Part shown: positions 36,964 to 45,970 of the stretch, one piece after another
Layout of the letters: each line of letters opens with the position of its first letter
Numbering within the stretch: the first letter of the stretch is position 1
Origin: Gemmatimonadales bacterium
GTDB lineage: Bacteria > Gemmatimonadota > Gemmatimonadetes > Gemmatimonadales > GWC2-71-9
Assembly (NCBI GenBank): GCA_036523455.1
Contig: DATDED010000243.1
Span: forward strand, 1-61,133
Direction: 5' to 3'
Length of the DNA: 61,133 nucleotides
Program-made: the position numbers and the translations under genes
The notes under the pieces: model-generated
Seen by the model: only the letters and a program-made list of their open reading frames with translations
What the model was told of the DNA's origin: nothing
The model's database searches: none

Positions 36964-38021
36964 TCCCGAGGCGAGTCCTCGCAGCCGCCGCCGCGCTCTC
37001 GGCGCTGGTCGTCGCTCCTGTGGCGTCTCAGGCATGGCTGCCGCCGGGCTGCCGTCTGGCGCCTCAGCGTTACCTCCGCACGAGCGAGCGAACAGGAGCG
37101 CGGGAGCTGGTCATCGAAGTGGGACCCATCGATGTGCCGGCGCATTCGATGGCTCCTCACCAGCACGATCTGAGCTACCAACTCACGAGCGCGCCGCTCA
37201 CGGCTTGGATCAACGGCTTCCGCGTCGAGGTCGTCGACTCGTCGGGAAATGCCCTCCCGCGCTGGCTCCTGCACCATATCGTCACGGCGCGCCCGGCTAG
37301 CCGCGAGCTCTTCCTTCCGGTCACGCAGCGGTTCGTGGGAGTCGGCATCGAGACACGGGCACTGCGGCTCCCCGCGTGGCTCGCCGGTGCGCCGTTGCAC
37401 CGGGGCGAGCCCTTGCTCGTCAACACGATGTTCCACAACCCGACGGACACGGGCTACCACGCCGTACGGGTGAGGCTGGTTCTCGCCTACTCACAGACGC
37501 GGCCGTTGTTCGAGGTGTCGCCGTTCAATGTCGATGTCATGTTCCCGATCGGCTCGAAGGATTTCGACCTGCCCCCCGGCCGGTCCGTGAAGGTCTGGGA
37601 GGGAAGCCCCGCCGTCCGCGCTCGCATCCTCGTCCTGGGTGGGCATCTGCACCGCTACGCGCAATGGGCGGAGCTCGTCGACCTCACCACGGGCGCGACG
37701 ATCTGGCGCATGCATCCCGACACGGATGCGAGCGGCGCGGTCACAGGGATCCCGACGCATCTCCCCCGCCTCGGGCTCGGTCGGGTCATCGATCCGGGGC
37801 ACCGCTATCGGCTCACCGCGGCGTACGACAATCCGACGGGCCGGACGATTCCGCACGGCGGCATGGCCAAGATCGGAGGTCTGGTGATGCCGGCAGGCGG
37901 AGCGCACTGGCCGAGTTTGGATACACGGAACACCCTCTATCAGCAGGACCTGCGACGCTTGCTGCGCTACCAGTGCGGGTTCGAGGGACCGGAGGAGGAA
38001 ATGTTGATGATGGCTCCATGA
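36960..38021 (+). CDS. Secreted hypothetical protein with copper-monooxygenase-like His/Met motif spacing
   Basis: ATG 36960 forms an ATGA overlap with the methyltransferase stop. The signal peptide is MIPRRVLAAAAALSALVVAPVASQA. The ordered motifs WLLHHIV, TMFHNP, GGHLHRY and HGGMAKIGGLVM are present. Confidence 0.6.
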   Translation: MIPRRVLAAAAALSALVVAPVASQAWLPPGCRLAPQRYLRTSERTGARELVIEVGPIDVPAHSMAPHQHDLSYQLTSAPLTAWINGFRVEVVDSSGNALPRWLLHHIVTARPASRELFLPVTQRFVGVGIETRALRLPAWLAGAPLHRGEPLLVNTMFHNPTDTGYHAVRVRLVLAYSQTRPLFEVSPFNVDVMFPIGSKDFDLPPGRSVKVWEGSPAVRARILVLGGHLHRYAQWAELVDLTTGATIWRMHPDTDASGAVTGIPTHLPRLGLGRVIDPGHRYRLTAAYDNPTGRTIPHGGMAKIGGLVMPAGGAHWPSLDTRNTLYQQDLRRLLRYQCGFEGPEEEMLMMAP

Positions 38022-38070
38022 ACAGGGAGCCGAAGCGTGGTGTGGCGGTTGATCAGCGGCCCGCGGCCCG

Positions 38071-38089
38071 CCGCATCATCTTGATGCGG
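38071..38089 (+). terminator. Possible stem-loop downstream of 36960..38021
   Basis: The sequence ccgcatca-tct-tgatgcgg forms a perfect 8-bp stem. No T-tract follows, so this is weak evidence for a terminator. Confidence 0.3.
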
Positions 38090-38223
38090 TGATGGAGGCT
38101 GCAATCATGGCTCGAAACGACGGACGGTCAAGCTGTCATCACATCCCCCTCATCATCCCTTCAGGATCGGCGCTCTAGGCTGATGGTCGAGGCAATCGAC
38201 TTGTCCGGCACAGGAGGAGGTCC

Positions 38224-38811
38224 ATGAAGCCCTTCATTAAGTTCGCGGTATTGGCCACGGTGCTGGCCGCGCTCGCCGTCCCCGCAGGCGCGCAGCAGCG
38301 GTCCCTGATCTTCAGCATCTACGGCGGCGGGGCCGATCATCTGGCGGACCTGCGCAGCAGCCCGCCGGTGTGGTTCATGCCCGGCTACGACCTCGGCGCC
38401 AGCGTGGGGCTGCAGCTCAACGAGTACGTCGCCGTGCACACCGATTTCACCTACACGCGGAATCCCACGCGGGGCTCGACGGCCTTCGCCGGTGCGGACG
38501 TCAACCGGTTCTACTACGGGGCGCATGTCGAGGCCCGCTATCCATTGTCGATCGGGCTGGCCCCGTTCGTGTTCGGCGGAGCCGGAGCGGTCTCGGTGGA
38601 TCAGCTCGGGCTCGATCAGTTCAAGCCGTTCACGCGTCCGGCGCTGATGTACGGCGGCGGGCTGTTCTATCCGATCCCGCGCACCCGGATCGAGGCGTTC
38701 GGTGAGGTGAAGGGGCTGACCTACCGCTGGAACGCGGCCGGGTTCCACCGGACGATGTTCGACGTGACGTATTCGATCGGGGCGAGTTACCGCCTGCCGG
38801 TCAACTTCTAA
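38224..38811 (+). CDS. Small outer-membrane beta-barrel protein (OmpW/opacity-porin-like)
   Basis: GGAGGAGG precedes the ATG. The product has the signal peptide MKPFIKFAVLATVLAALAVPAGAQ-Q, an alternating-hydrophobic strand pattern and a C-terminal ...SYRLPVNF. Confidence 0.75.
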   Translation: MKPFIKFAVLATVLAALAVPAGAQQRSLIFSIYGGGADHLADLRSSPPVWFMPGYDLGASVGLQLNEYVAVHTDFTYTRNPTRGSTAFAGADVNRFYYGAHVEARYPLSIGLAPFVFGGAGAVSVDQLGLDQFKPFTRPALMYGGGLFYPIPRTRIEAFGEVKGLTYRWNAAGFHRTMFDVTYSIGASYRLPVNF

Positions 38812-38835
38812 GTCAACACCTGCCGGGTTCGACAG

Positions 38836-38863
38836 CGACGGCCGGGGGCTTCCCCGGCCGTCG
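38836..38863. terminator. GC-rich hairpin between the OMP gene and tRNA-Leu (bidirectional terminator candidate)
   Basis: The sequence cgacggccgggg-gctt-ccccggccgtcg forms a perfect 12-bp stem with a 4-nt loop, followed by ttcgtgt. Confidence 0.7.
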
Positions 38864-38898
38864 TTCGTGTCTCCGATGCCTCGGCCCAGGTCAGTAAG

Positions 38899-38981
38899 TG
38901 CTCGGGGGGAGACTCGAACTCCCACGCCCTTGCGGGCACTGGCTCCTAAGGCCAGCGCGTCTGCCGTTCCGCCACCCGAGC
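38899..38981 (-). tRNA. tRNA-Leu (anticodon TAG)
   Basis: I folded the reverse complement by hand. The acceptor stem is GCTCGGG/CCCGAGC and the anticodon arm is CTGGC-CTTAGGA-GCCAG. A long variable arm (TGCCCGCAAGGGCGT) and the T arm GGGAG-TTCGAGT-CTCCC follow, with discriminator A. No CCA is encoded. Confidence 0.9.
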
Positions 38982-38982
38982 G

Positions 38983-39222
38983 CTAGGGCTTCTGGATTCT
39001 CTTGCGCAGCGTCGAGACCGCCAGTCGAAAGGCGCGTATGTCATTGGGCCTGAGCCGCTTCATCTTCTTCAGGAACGCGTCGAGGTGCCGGATGTCGCGG
39101 AGCCGTTTTGCACGCTCTGCTTTCCACAATGTCTCGAACCTGCGGACCTGACGCCTCCACTCCGCTCTCAACTTCTCGGCTGCGTACTTGCTTGCCATGA
39201 GCCCCCGTCCTCTGTCCGTCAC
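38983..39222 (-). CDS. Small, highly basic hypothetical protein (doubtful)
   Basis: The 79-aa ORF (alternative ATG at 39198, MASKYAAEKL...) is Arg/Lys-rich and helical-looking. It lies in a locally A/T-richer stretch. Its stop codon is 1 nt from the 5' end of the tRNA. Confidence 0.35.
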   Translation of the reverse strand: MTDRGRGLMASKYAAEKLRAEWRRQVRRFETLWKAERAKRLRDIRHLDAFLKKMKRLRPNDIRAFRLAVSTLRKRIQKP

Positions 39223-39346
39223 ACCAATCTATAGGAACGGGGATGGTCCGCGATGCACCTGCATGGAACACCCGCGCGGGCTCGGGGACCAGCGTCTTCG
39301 AGGAGGTTTGCGCTTGGCCCCGGGAGTGTCATTATTGAGAGGACCC

Positions 39347-39736
39347 ATGCCAACCACCCTGCGGACGCTTCTGGCGCTGAGCTTCGTCGCCCTGGCCGCC
39401 GCGCCGCTCCAGTCGCAGCGGCGCAGCGACATCATCACGGCGGAGGAAATCGCCCGCGTGATCGGGAAAGGCCAGACCGCGTACGACGTCGTGCGCACGC
39501 TGCGGCCCCGGTGGTTGAGGTCCCGCGATACGATCCTGCAAGGAGGGAACACCGACCCGATCACGTCGGAGGGGCCGCACGTGTACCTCAACGACGTCGA
39601 CCAGGGCGACGTGGACTACCTGAGGACGATTCCGGCCGAGCTCGTCGCGGAGCTGCGCTGGCTCAGCGCCAACCAGGCGGCGAGCCGGTTCGGGCCCGCC
39701 AACGGACCAGGCATCGTCGTGACGCTGAAGCTGTAG
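39347..39736 (+). CDS. Hypothetical secreted protein
   Basis: ATG 39347 gives the signal peptide MPTTLRTLLALSFVALAAAPLQSQ. The product is 129 aa and I recognised no family. Confidence 0.55.
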   Translation: MPTTLRTLLALSFVALAAAPLQSQRRSDIITAEEIARVIGKGQTAYDVVRTLRPRWLRSRDTILQGGNTDPITSEGPHVYLNDVDQGDVDYLRTIPAELVAELRWLSANQAASRFGPANGPGIVVTLKL

Positions 39737-39738
39737 GC

Positions 39739-40694
39739 TCACCGCAGCGCGTCGGTCACCGCATCGAAGAACACCCGGTCGTCGATGACCGTGCCGCCCG
39801 TGGGCGTCGCGCGCGCGCTCCACACCACGATCACGACCCGCGCCACCGGATTCACGTACAGAAACTGCCCGTAGATCCCCTCCGCCGTGAACGCGCTGTC
39901 CCGCCGCGACGCCGCCGTCGTTCCGGTCCACCAGAGGTACCCGTAGTCGAGCAGCGTCCCGTCGCGCAGCCGCTTGGGCGTGGTCGCCTCCCGCACCCAG
40001 TCGGCGGGCAGGATCGAATCGCCTCCAACCACGCCGCCGGCGAGCACGAAGAGGCCGAATCGGCCGTAGTCGCGCAGCGTCGCGCTGAAGCCGCTGCCGC
40101 CGATCTCCACCCCGCCGGGCGAATCGAGCCACCAGGTGGCGTCCGCCTCCATGCCGACCCGGCTCCAGATGCGCTCGGACAGGTACGTCGCCAGCGGCCG
40201 CCCGACCGCGCTGCGCAGGATCTCCGCCGCGACCTGCGTCTCCCCGGTGTTGTAGTTGTTCACAGTGCCCGGCGGCGCCGCCCGGGGGAGGCTCCGCATA
40301 ACGGCCAGCGCGGACCCGGGAACCTGTGAGATCTGGGCCTCGAGCAGGCGGCGGCGGTCGGACGCAGGGTCGGTGTAGGTCTCGTTCCAGCGGACCCCCG
40401 AGGACATGGTGAGCACATCGCGGATGGACACGCCCTCGTACGCACTGCCGGCCAGGGACGGCACGTAGCGGGTGACAGGATCGGAGAGACTCGCGATGGC
40501 GCCTTGCCGCACCGCGGCTCCGATGAGGGTCGACGTGATCGACTTGGCGATCGACATCGACATCCAGCGTCATAGACCTGACGCACCGTCCCGATCGGCT
40601 CCCTGGCATGCGGGTTTGCCTGCTGGGCACGAGCCAGGCGCGCGCCCAGCAGCAGGAGCGCCAACCGGAATGCGGACGACGCCCGTACGGGCAC
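39739..40694 (-). pseudogene. Beta-lactamase-family serine hydrolase, apparently frameshifted near its SxxK motif
   Basis: GTG 40694 opens a signal peptide ORF (MPVRASSAFRLALLLLGARLARA-QQ...) that decays into Arg/Ser/Pro junk. A second frame (ORF 39739..40563) begins right after an in-frame TGA with (R-W-)MSMSIAKSITSTLIGAAV (SxxK) and continues with YNTGET. The junction lies at a gatgtc-gatgtc-gatcgcc tandem. Confidence 0.5.
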
Positions 40695-40695
40695 G

Positions 40696-42786
40696 TCAGC
40701 GCACCAGGGCCGCAGCCTCCTCCAGCGCCGCCCGCGACGCCTCGAGCCGAGCCACCGCGTCGGCCAGCTCCCGCTCGGCCGTCGCCGCGTCGGCGTACCG
40801 CGCCGCCTCGTTCACGGTGGGGAAGGCGAGCGTCGCGTAGCCGTTGTCCACGTCCGAGGCGAACTGCAGGCTCTTGAACCATCCGTCGCTCGCCAGCCCC
40901 TCGGGACGCGTGAACCGCCGCTCCACCTGCATGAGCGCCGCGTTCACCCGCGCCCACGGATGGTCGGCGCCGGCCGCGAGCGTGCTGTCCCGCGCGGCCG
41001 CGAAGCTCAGCGCCGTGGCGGTGAACCGGCCCAGCGCGTCCTTGAGCCCCTGCGTGCTGACGCTCCACCCGCGCCGGGTGATCGCGCTGTCGAGTTGTCC
41101 CACCAGCCCGGTCATCTCACCGCCCCAACCGACGTAGTCCAGCGGCACGACGCGCGCGTTTCCGAGCCGAGCCAGCAGCACTGCCACCAGACGCGCCGCC
41201 GCCTGATGCTCGCGCCAGCCGGGGTCGCCGAACCGGTTCATCCAGTCGAACGAGTCGTACATCGAGTGGTAGACGCCGGAGGGCCCGCCGAATCCGACGC
41301 CGGCCGCCGGAATCCCCAGGTGGTGATAGAACCCGGCGAAATCGGAGCCGCCGCCGACGTTGCCGAGACTGAGCGCGGTCGTATCCCCCTTCGCCCGTTT
41401 CAGCCAGACGTCGTACACGGTGCCCGGCCCCACGGGATCCGGCACGGCCCGCGTGACCTCGCGCATCAGCCGCTTGAGCGAGGGCGACCCGCCGCCGCCG
41501 AAGGTGGGGCCCTCCGTCATGTCGTCTTCATTGATGTAGGCCACGACGCGAGCGCGCAGGCTGTCCGCCATCTCCTCCACGAACTCGGTGGAGCCGATCA
41601 GGCCCCACTCCTCGGCGTCCCACGTGGCGAACACGAGGGTGCGGGCGGGCCGGACCCCCTGACGCGCCAGCTCGGCGAAGGCACGGGCCGACTCGAGCAC
41701 CGTCACGGTACCGCTGATGTCGTCCGCGGCCCCCGGGCTCCACGAATCGCGATGCCCCCCCACGACGATCCATTCGTCCGGGAACTCCGCACCGCGAATC
41801 ATGCCGAACGTGTCCCAGATCGTGTGCATCGCACGGCTGCCGTGCTCGCGCCGAACCTTCAGCCGCGCCATCGCCTGCCCAGGCCCCACGTGATAATGGA
41901 ACGGCAGACCGCCTTGCCAGCCCCCCGGCACACTCGGTCCACCCAGCGTGGCGAGCAACCGCTGCGCATTGCCGTAGCCCATGGGGATCACCGGGATGTG
42001 CGGCACCCGCAACGAGTCCTCGGGCACCCGGCGCGCCCCGGGGACCGACGCGTACCCCGGCGTCGTGGGATCGCCGTCCATGTTGAGAATGCTGCCGCGC
42101 TGGATCCCGCCGGCCGGACGCATCGGTCCTTTCGGATACACGTCGCCGCGCACATAGCCGTCGTCCTGGGGGTCGGAGTACATGATGAGGCCGACGGCGC
42201 CGTGGCGTTCCGCTTCCCGTGCCTTGATGCCGCGGAACGAGCGGCCGTAGCGCGCGATGGCGATCTTGCCGCGCACGCTCACGCCCAGCGAATCGAGCGT
42301 CTTGTAGTCCTCGATCAACCCGTAGTTGACGTACACGACCTCGGCCGTGACGTCGCCATCGCCGGTGTACCCGTTGAACGGCGGCACCTGCGGTCCGGTG
42401 GTGACGGGATTGCCCGCGACCGCCGGCTCGGCGAGGGACAGACGCTGGGGCGCCGCGCCGCGGCGGGGCAGCAGCCACGCCTGGACGGTATCGACGTGGG
42501 GCAGGTACACGTCGTACGCCTTGACCCAGGTCTCGAGCCCGGCGGCCCGCAGGCGGTCGATCACGTAATCGCGTGTCGTGGCCTGGGCCGGGGTCCCCGA
42601 CATGTGAGGACGGACGGAGAGGTCCGCGGTCAGGCGCCGTGGCGTCGCCGTGTCGGGCACGGCGAGCAGCCGGGCTTCGAGCGCCCGTTGCGCGGCTGTG
42701 TCGGCGACCCGGAAGCCGAGCGGCACCTGTGCCGCGAGCGGAGCGGTGAAACCGGCGATCACGGACCAGGCCAGTGCGAATCTCAC
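40696..42786 (-). CDS. M28-family peptidase of the glutamate carboxypeptidase II / transferrin-receptor-like type
   Basis: GTG 42786 is preceded by GGGGGAA and gives the signal peptide MRFALAWSVIAGFTAPLAAQ. A PA-domain segment (GKIAIARYGRSFRGIKAREAERHGAVGLIMYSDP), an M28 core and a C-terminal helical dimerisation-like domain follow. Confidence 0.8.
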   Translation of the reverse strand: MRFALAWSVIAGFTAPLAAQVPLGFRVADTAAQRALEARLLAVPDTATPRRLTADLSVRPHMSGTPAQATTRDYVIDRLRAAGLETWVKAYDVYLPHVDTVQAWLLPRRGAAPQRLSLAEPAVAGNPVTTGPQVPPFNGYTGDGDVTAEVVYVNYGLIEDYKTLDSLGVSVRGKIAIARYGRSFRGIKAREAERHGAVGLIMYSDPQDDGYVRGDVYPKGPMRPAGGIQRGSILNMDGDPTTPGYASVPGARRVPEDSLRVPHIPVIPMGYGNAQRLLATLGGPSVPGGWQGGLPFHYHVGPGQAMARLKVRREHGSRAMHTIWDTFGMIRGAEFPDEWIVVGGHRDSWSPGAADDISGTVTVLESARAFAELARQGVRPARTLVFATWDAEEWGLIGSTEFVEEMADSLRARVVAYINEDDMTEGPTFGGGGSPSLKRLMREVTRAVPDPVGPGTVYDVWLKRAKGDTTALSLGNVGGGSDFAGFYHHLGIPAAGVGFGGPSGVYHSMYDSFDWMNRFGDPGWREHQAAARLVAVLLARLGNARVVPLDYVGWGGEMTGLVGQLDSAITRRGWSVSTQGLKDALGRFTATALSFAAARDSTLAAGADHPWARVNAALMQVERRFTRPEGLASDGWFKSLQFASDVDNGYATLAFPTVNEAARYADAATAERELADAVARLEASRAALEEAAALVR

Positions 42787-42864
42787 GAGTTTCCCCCTGA
42801 CGTGCGATGAGCTAGAACATTTCCAGCGCGAGCGAACCCTCAACATATCCTCTGAACCCCTCGT

Positions 42865-43845
42865 CTAGCTGCCCAGCAAGCGCGCCGCATTCCCCCCGAG
42901 CATCGCCGCCCGATCCTGCTCCGGTACATCCAGCCCGCGCAGGCTCCCGAGCATGGCGGGAATACTCCCGATGCGATGCGGATAATCGCTCCCGGCGAGC
43001 ATCTGGCTCGGGCCGGCGAACGCGATGGCCAGCCGCAGCGCGGCCGGATCGAAGTTCACCGTGTCGTAGAAGAACTGCCGTAGGTAGGTGCTGGGGGGCT
43101 GAGTGATCTTCGTCCGGCACTCAGGGAACGCCTCGTAGCCGCGGTCCAGGCGTTCGGCGAGATAGGGAATCGCCCCGCCGAGATGGCCCAGCACCCACCG
43201 GATACGGGGAAACCGTTCCACCACGCCGCTGAATACGAGGTGTGCCGCAGCCAGCGTCGTGTCCAGCAGGAAGCCGACCAGCGGCATCAGCCAGTACTCG
43301 GTCATCGCCTCGACACCTAACGGATGGGTGGGATGGATGTACAGGACGGCGCCCGCCGAGTCGGCGCGCTCGTACAGCGGCCAGAAGCGCTCGTCGGCCA
43401 GCGCCACGCCGTTCACGTTGCTGAACAGCATCACGCCCTTGAGCCCGAGCGGTCCGGTCACCCGCTCGAATTCGGTGACGGAGGCGCGCGGGTCGTTGAG
43501 CGGCAGCGTCCCGAGCGCGGTGAACCAACGCGCGCGCGAGCGCGCGACCTCGGCCAGGGCGTCGTTGACCAGGCGCGCCAGCGCGACGGCGCGGTCGGGC
43601 GGCTCGATGTGCGTCCCCGGCGTGGTGAAGGTGAGCACCTGCCGGTCCACCCCCGCCTGGGCGAGGACGGTCTCGCGGTAGGCGATGTCGCGATGCCCGG
43701 GCACGACCACGTTATAGTCGCCCGGGTAACCGATCACCGGGTTGCCGTCGTCGTCGGTCCAGATGCGCGCGCTGGTAGGACCGCGGCGCAGGGCCTCGAG
43801 GTATTCCGGCGGATAGTAGTGATTGTGGAAGTCGATGATCGTCAC
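42865..43845 (-). CDS. Amidohydrolase-2 family protein (ACMSD-like metal-dependent hydrolase/decarboxylase)
   Basis: The 326-aa ORF starts with MTIIDFHNHYYP (HxH metal site). Confidence 0.75.
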   Translation of the reverse strand: MTIIDFHNHYYPPEYLEALRRGPTSARIWTDDDGNPVIGYPGDYNVVVPGHRDIAYRETVLAQAGVDRQVLTFTTPGTHIEPPDRAVALARLVNDALAEVARSRARWFTALGTLPLNDPRASVTEFERVTGPLGLKGVMLFSNVNGVALADERFWPLYERADSAGAVLYIHPTHPLGVEAMTEYWLMPLVGFLLDTTLAAAHLVFSGVVERFPRIRWVLGHLGGAIPYLAERLDRGYEAFPECRTKITQPPSTYLRQFFYDTVNFDPAALRLAIAFAGPSQMLAGSDYPHRIGSIPAMLGSLRGLDVPEQDRAAMLGGNAARLLGS

Positions 43846-43860
43846 TTAGGAATAGCTCCG

Positions 43861-45213
43861 TCAGGAGTGCTGCGGGGGGGGCTGGCGCCACATCCAGAGC
43901 GCGTACACCGGGACCCCGACGAGCACCAGGGAAAGGCCGAACACGCTGTTTCGTGGATCGGCCACGATCTGGCTCACCGCCACGAAGACGGCGCAGCCGG
44001 CGAACACGAGCGGGACCAGGGCGCGCCCCGCGACGCGATACGCGGGCCGGTGATCGGCGCGCCGCCGCAGCCGCAGCAGACCGAGCGCCATCGCGGCGAA
44101 GAAGATCCACTCGGTGTAGACGACCCGCGAGAACAGCACGCGGTAGGTCCCCGTGGCCACGAGCACCGCGGCCCACGCGGCCTGCAGGGCGATCGCCCGG
44201 TGCGGCGTCCGGTAGATGGGATGGATCGCGCCCACCCACCGGAACAGCAGCCCGTCGCGCGCCAGCGAGAAGTACACGCGCGGTCCCACCAGAATGATGC
44301 CCGTCAGTGCGCCGAACGTCGATCCTACGACGAGCGTGGCGAGCAGCCCGCCGCCACCCCGGCCCAGCAGCACGTCCGCCGCCTCCGCGGCGACGCGCTC
44401 CGAGGCCGCGACCCGCTCGAGCGGCAGCACGTAGAGGTACACGGCGTTGAGCGCCAGATAGGCGAGGGTCACGCCGATCGTCCCGGCTACGAGCGCGCGG
44501 GGCAGGGTACGCGCGGGATCGCGCGTCTCTCCGGCCGTGTACGTGACCATGTGCCAGCCGCCGAAGGCGAAGAGACCGGCCGCGACCGCCAGCGCCAGCG
44601 GACCGAGAGCCGTTCCAGTCGTCGCTCCGGCGGCGACGAAATGCGCCGGCACCCGGCCGCCCAGCCAGAACCCCGCGACGATCAGGATGAGGATCGCGCC
44701 CACCTTCGCGACGGTCACCGCGGTCTGGAGCGCGCTTCCCAGCCGGACGCCGGCCACGTTCACCAGGGAGAGCACCAGGATCACCGCGATGGCGACGGCG
44801 CGCAGGCCCAGATCGCTCAGCGGCACGAAGTAGCCCGCATACCGCGCGAACACCATGGAGAGGGCGGCGATGATGCCGGTGTGCATGCTCCAGAACATCG
44901 CCCAGGCCCAGAGAAACCCCATCCCGGGCGACCAGGCGCGGCGCAGGAACGCGTACACCCCGCCGGTTTCCGGATAGGCCGAGGCGAGCTCGGCCGTGAT
45001 CAGGGCGCCGGCGAGCGTGAGCAGACCGGCGATCCCCCAGGCGAGGAACACTCCGCCGATCGTGCCCACGGCGCCGGTGACGAGCGAGGGCTGGACGAAG
45101 ATCGACGCCCCGATGATGGTGCCGACGACCATCGCGGTGGCGCGTCCCAGCCCGAGCGAGCGGTCGAGCTCAGGGGTTTCCTGCGGCGTCGCATTCATCG
45201 AGCGTCCCAACAT
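43861..45213 (-). CDS. APC-family amino-acid permease
   Basis: The 450-aa ORF has about 12 hydrophobic helices and an N-terminal GTIIGASIFV motif region. Confidence 0.8.
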   Translation of the reverse strand: MLGRSMNATPQETPELDRSLGLGRATAMVVGTIIGASIFVQPSLVTGAVGTIGGVFLAWGIAGLLTLAGALITAELASAYPETGGVYAFLRRAWSPGMGFLWAWAMFWSMHTGIIAALSMVFARYAGYFVPLSDLGLRAVAIAVILVLSLVNVAGVRLGSALQTAVTVAKVGAILILIVAGFWLGGRVPAHFVAAGATTGTALGPLALAVAAGLFAFGGWHMVTYTAGETRDPARTLPRALVAGTIGVTLAYLALNAVYLYVLPLERVAASERVAAEAADVLLGRGGGGLLATLVVGSTFGALTGIILVGPRVYFSLARDGLLFRWVGAIHPIYRTPHRAIALQAAWAAVLVATGTYRVLFSRVVYTEWIFFAAMALGLLRLRRRADHRPAYRVAGRALVPLVFAGCAVFVAVSQIVADPRNSVFGLSLVLVGVPVYALWMWRQPPPQHS

Positions 45214-45229
45214 AGCGCGCGCGCGCTAT
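45212..45229. promoter_or_regulatory. Perfect 18-bp palindrome ATAGCGCGCGCGCGCTAT at the permease start / divergent promoter region
   Basis: I read it directly from the sequence. It overlaps the ATG (45213-45211) of the permease gene. A second perfect palindrome, AGAGTACTCT, lies at 45253-45262. Confidence 0.3.
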
Positions 45230-45284
45230 TGCGGGCCTGTGCTTTGTAGCATAGAGTACTCTGCAATAACGAGAGGAGGCGGTC

Positions 45285-45914
45285 GTGGCGCTGGGTTCCA
45301 CCGTGTTGCTGCTCGGCTCAGTCGTCGTCGTGCTGGTGCTGGTGGGGAGGATCGTCGTCTTCGCGATCCGCGCGCGACGGGATCGGCTCGCCCGCACGGC
45401 GCGTGTGCTCGCGGGATACGTAGCGGGCTACGCCATCGTGCTGCTCGGCGTCGCCCTGTTGATGCCCCGCCGGACGCTCCCGCAGGGAGTGCGCGAGTGC
45501 TTCGACGACTGGTGCGTCGCCGGAGTCAGCGCCGACCCCTCGAGCGTTGCCTTGCCCGGGTGCGAGGGTGAGAACGTCTGGATCGGCACGCTCGAGGTCT
45601 CGAGCGATGCCAAGCGCGTGCGGCAGCGGGCGGCCGACGCCGCGGCGACCATGGAAGACCAAGCCGGCCACCGCCACGGGCCCTGTGCCACTGCGGCATC
45701 TCCCGGCGTCGAGCCCAGGGGGCTGCGGGACGAGCTGGGGCCGGGCGAATCGTTCCAGGTCACCCTCGCGTTCTCGCTGGCCGTCGGGGCGCGTCCGGCG
45801 GGATTCGTCATCAGCCATGGCGCTTTCCCGGGTATGCTGATCATTGGGGACGATCAGAGTCTGGGACACCGGCCCACGCTCCTCGCCGCGAGCGGGAGGC
45901 GGATAAGCCGGTAG
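45285..45914 (+). CDS. Hypothetical membrane protein (two N-terminal TM helices)
   Basis: GAGAGGAGG precedes GTG 45285. The product is 209 aa and I recognised no family. Confidence 0.5.
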   Translation: MALGSTVLLLGSVVVVLVLVGRIVVFAIRARRDRLARTARVLAGYVAGYAIVLLGVALLMPRRTLPQGVRECFDDWCVAGVSADPSSVALPGCEGENVWIGTLEVSSDAKRVRQRAADAAATMEDQAGHRHGPCATAASPGVEPRGLRDELGPGESFQVTLAFSLAVGARPAGFVISHGAFPGMLIIGDDQSLGHRPTLLAASGRRISR

Positions 45915-45970
45915 GTGCTTACGCTTGTCCCCCGGGGAACCTGGAATCACCCCAATTCCGGAGGACGCTC

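Noticed and set aside
38812-39346. Genomic island or prophage integration at tRNA-Leu
   Set aside because: I found no integrase, recombinase or phage genes, and no direct repeat of the tRNA 3' end. The flanking genes are ordinary envelope and hydrolase genes. Only a small A/T-richer ORF is odd, and it is reported separately.
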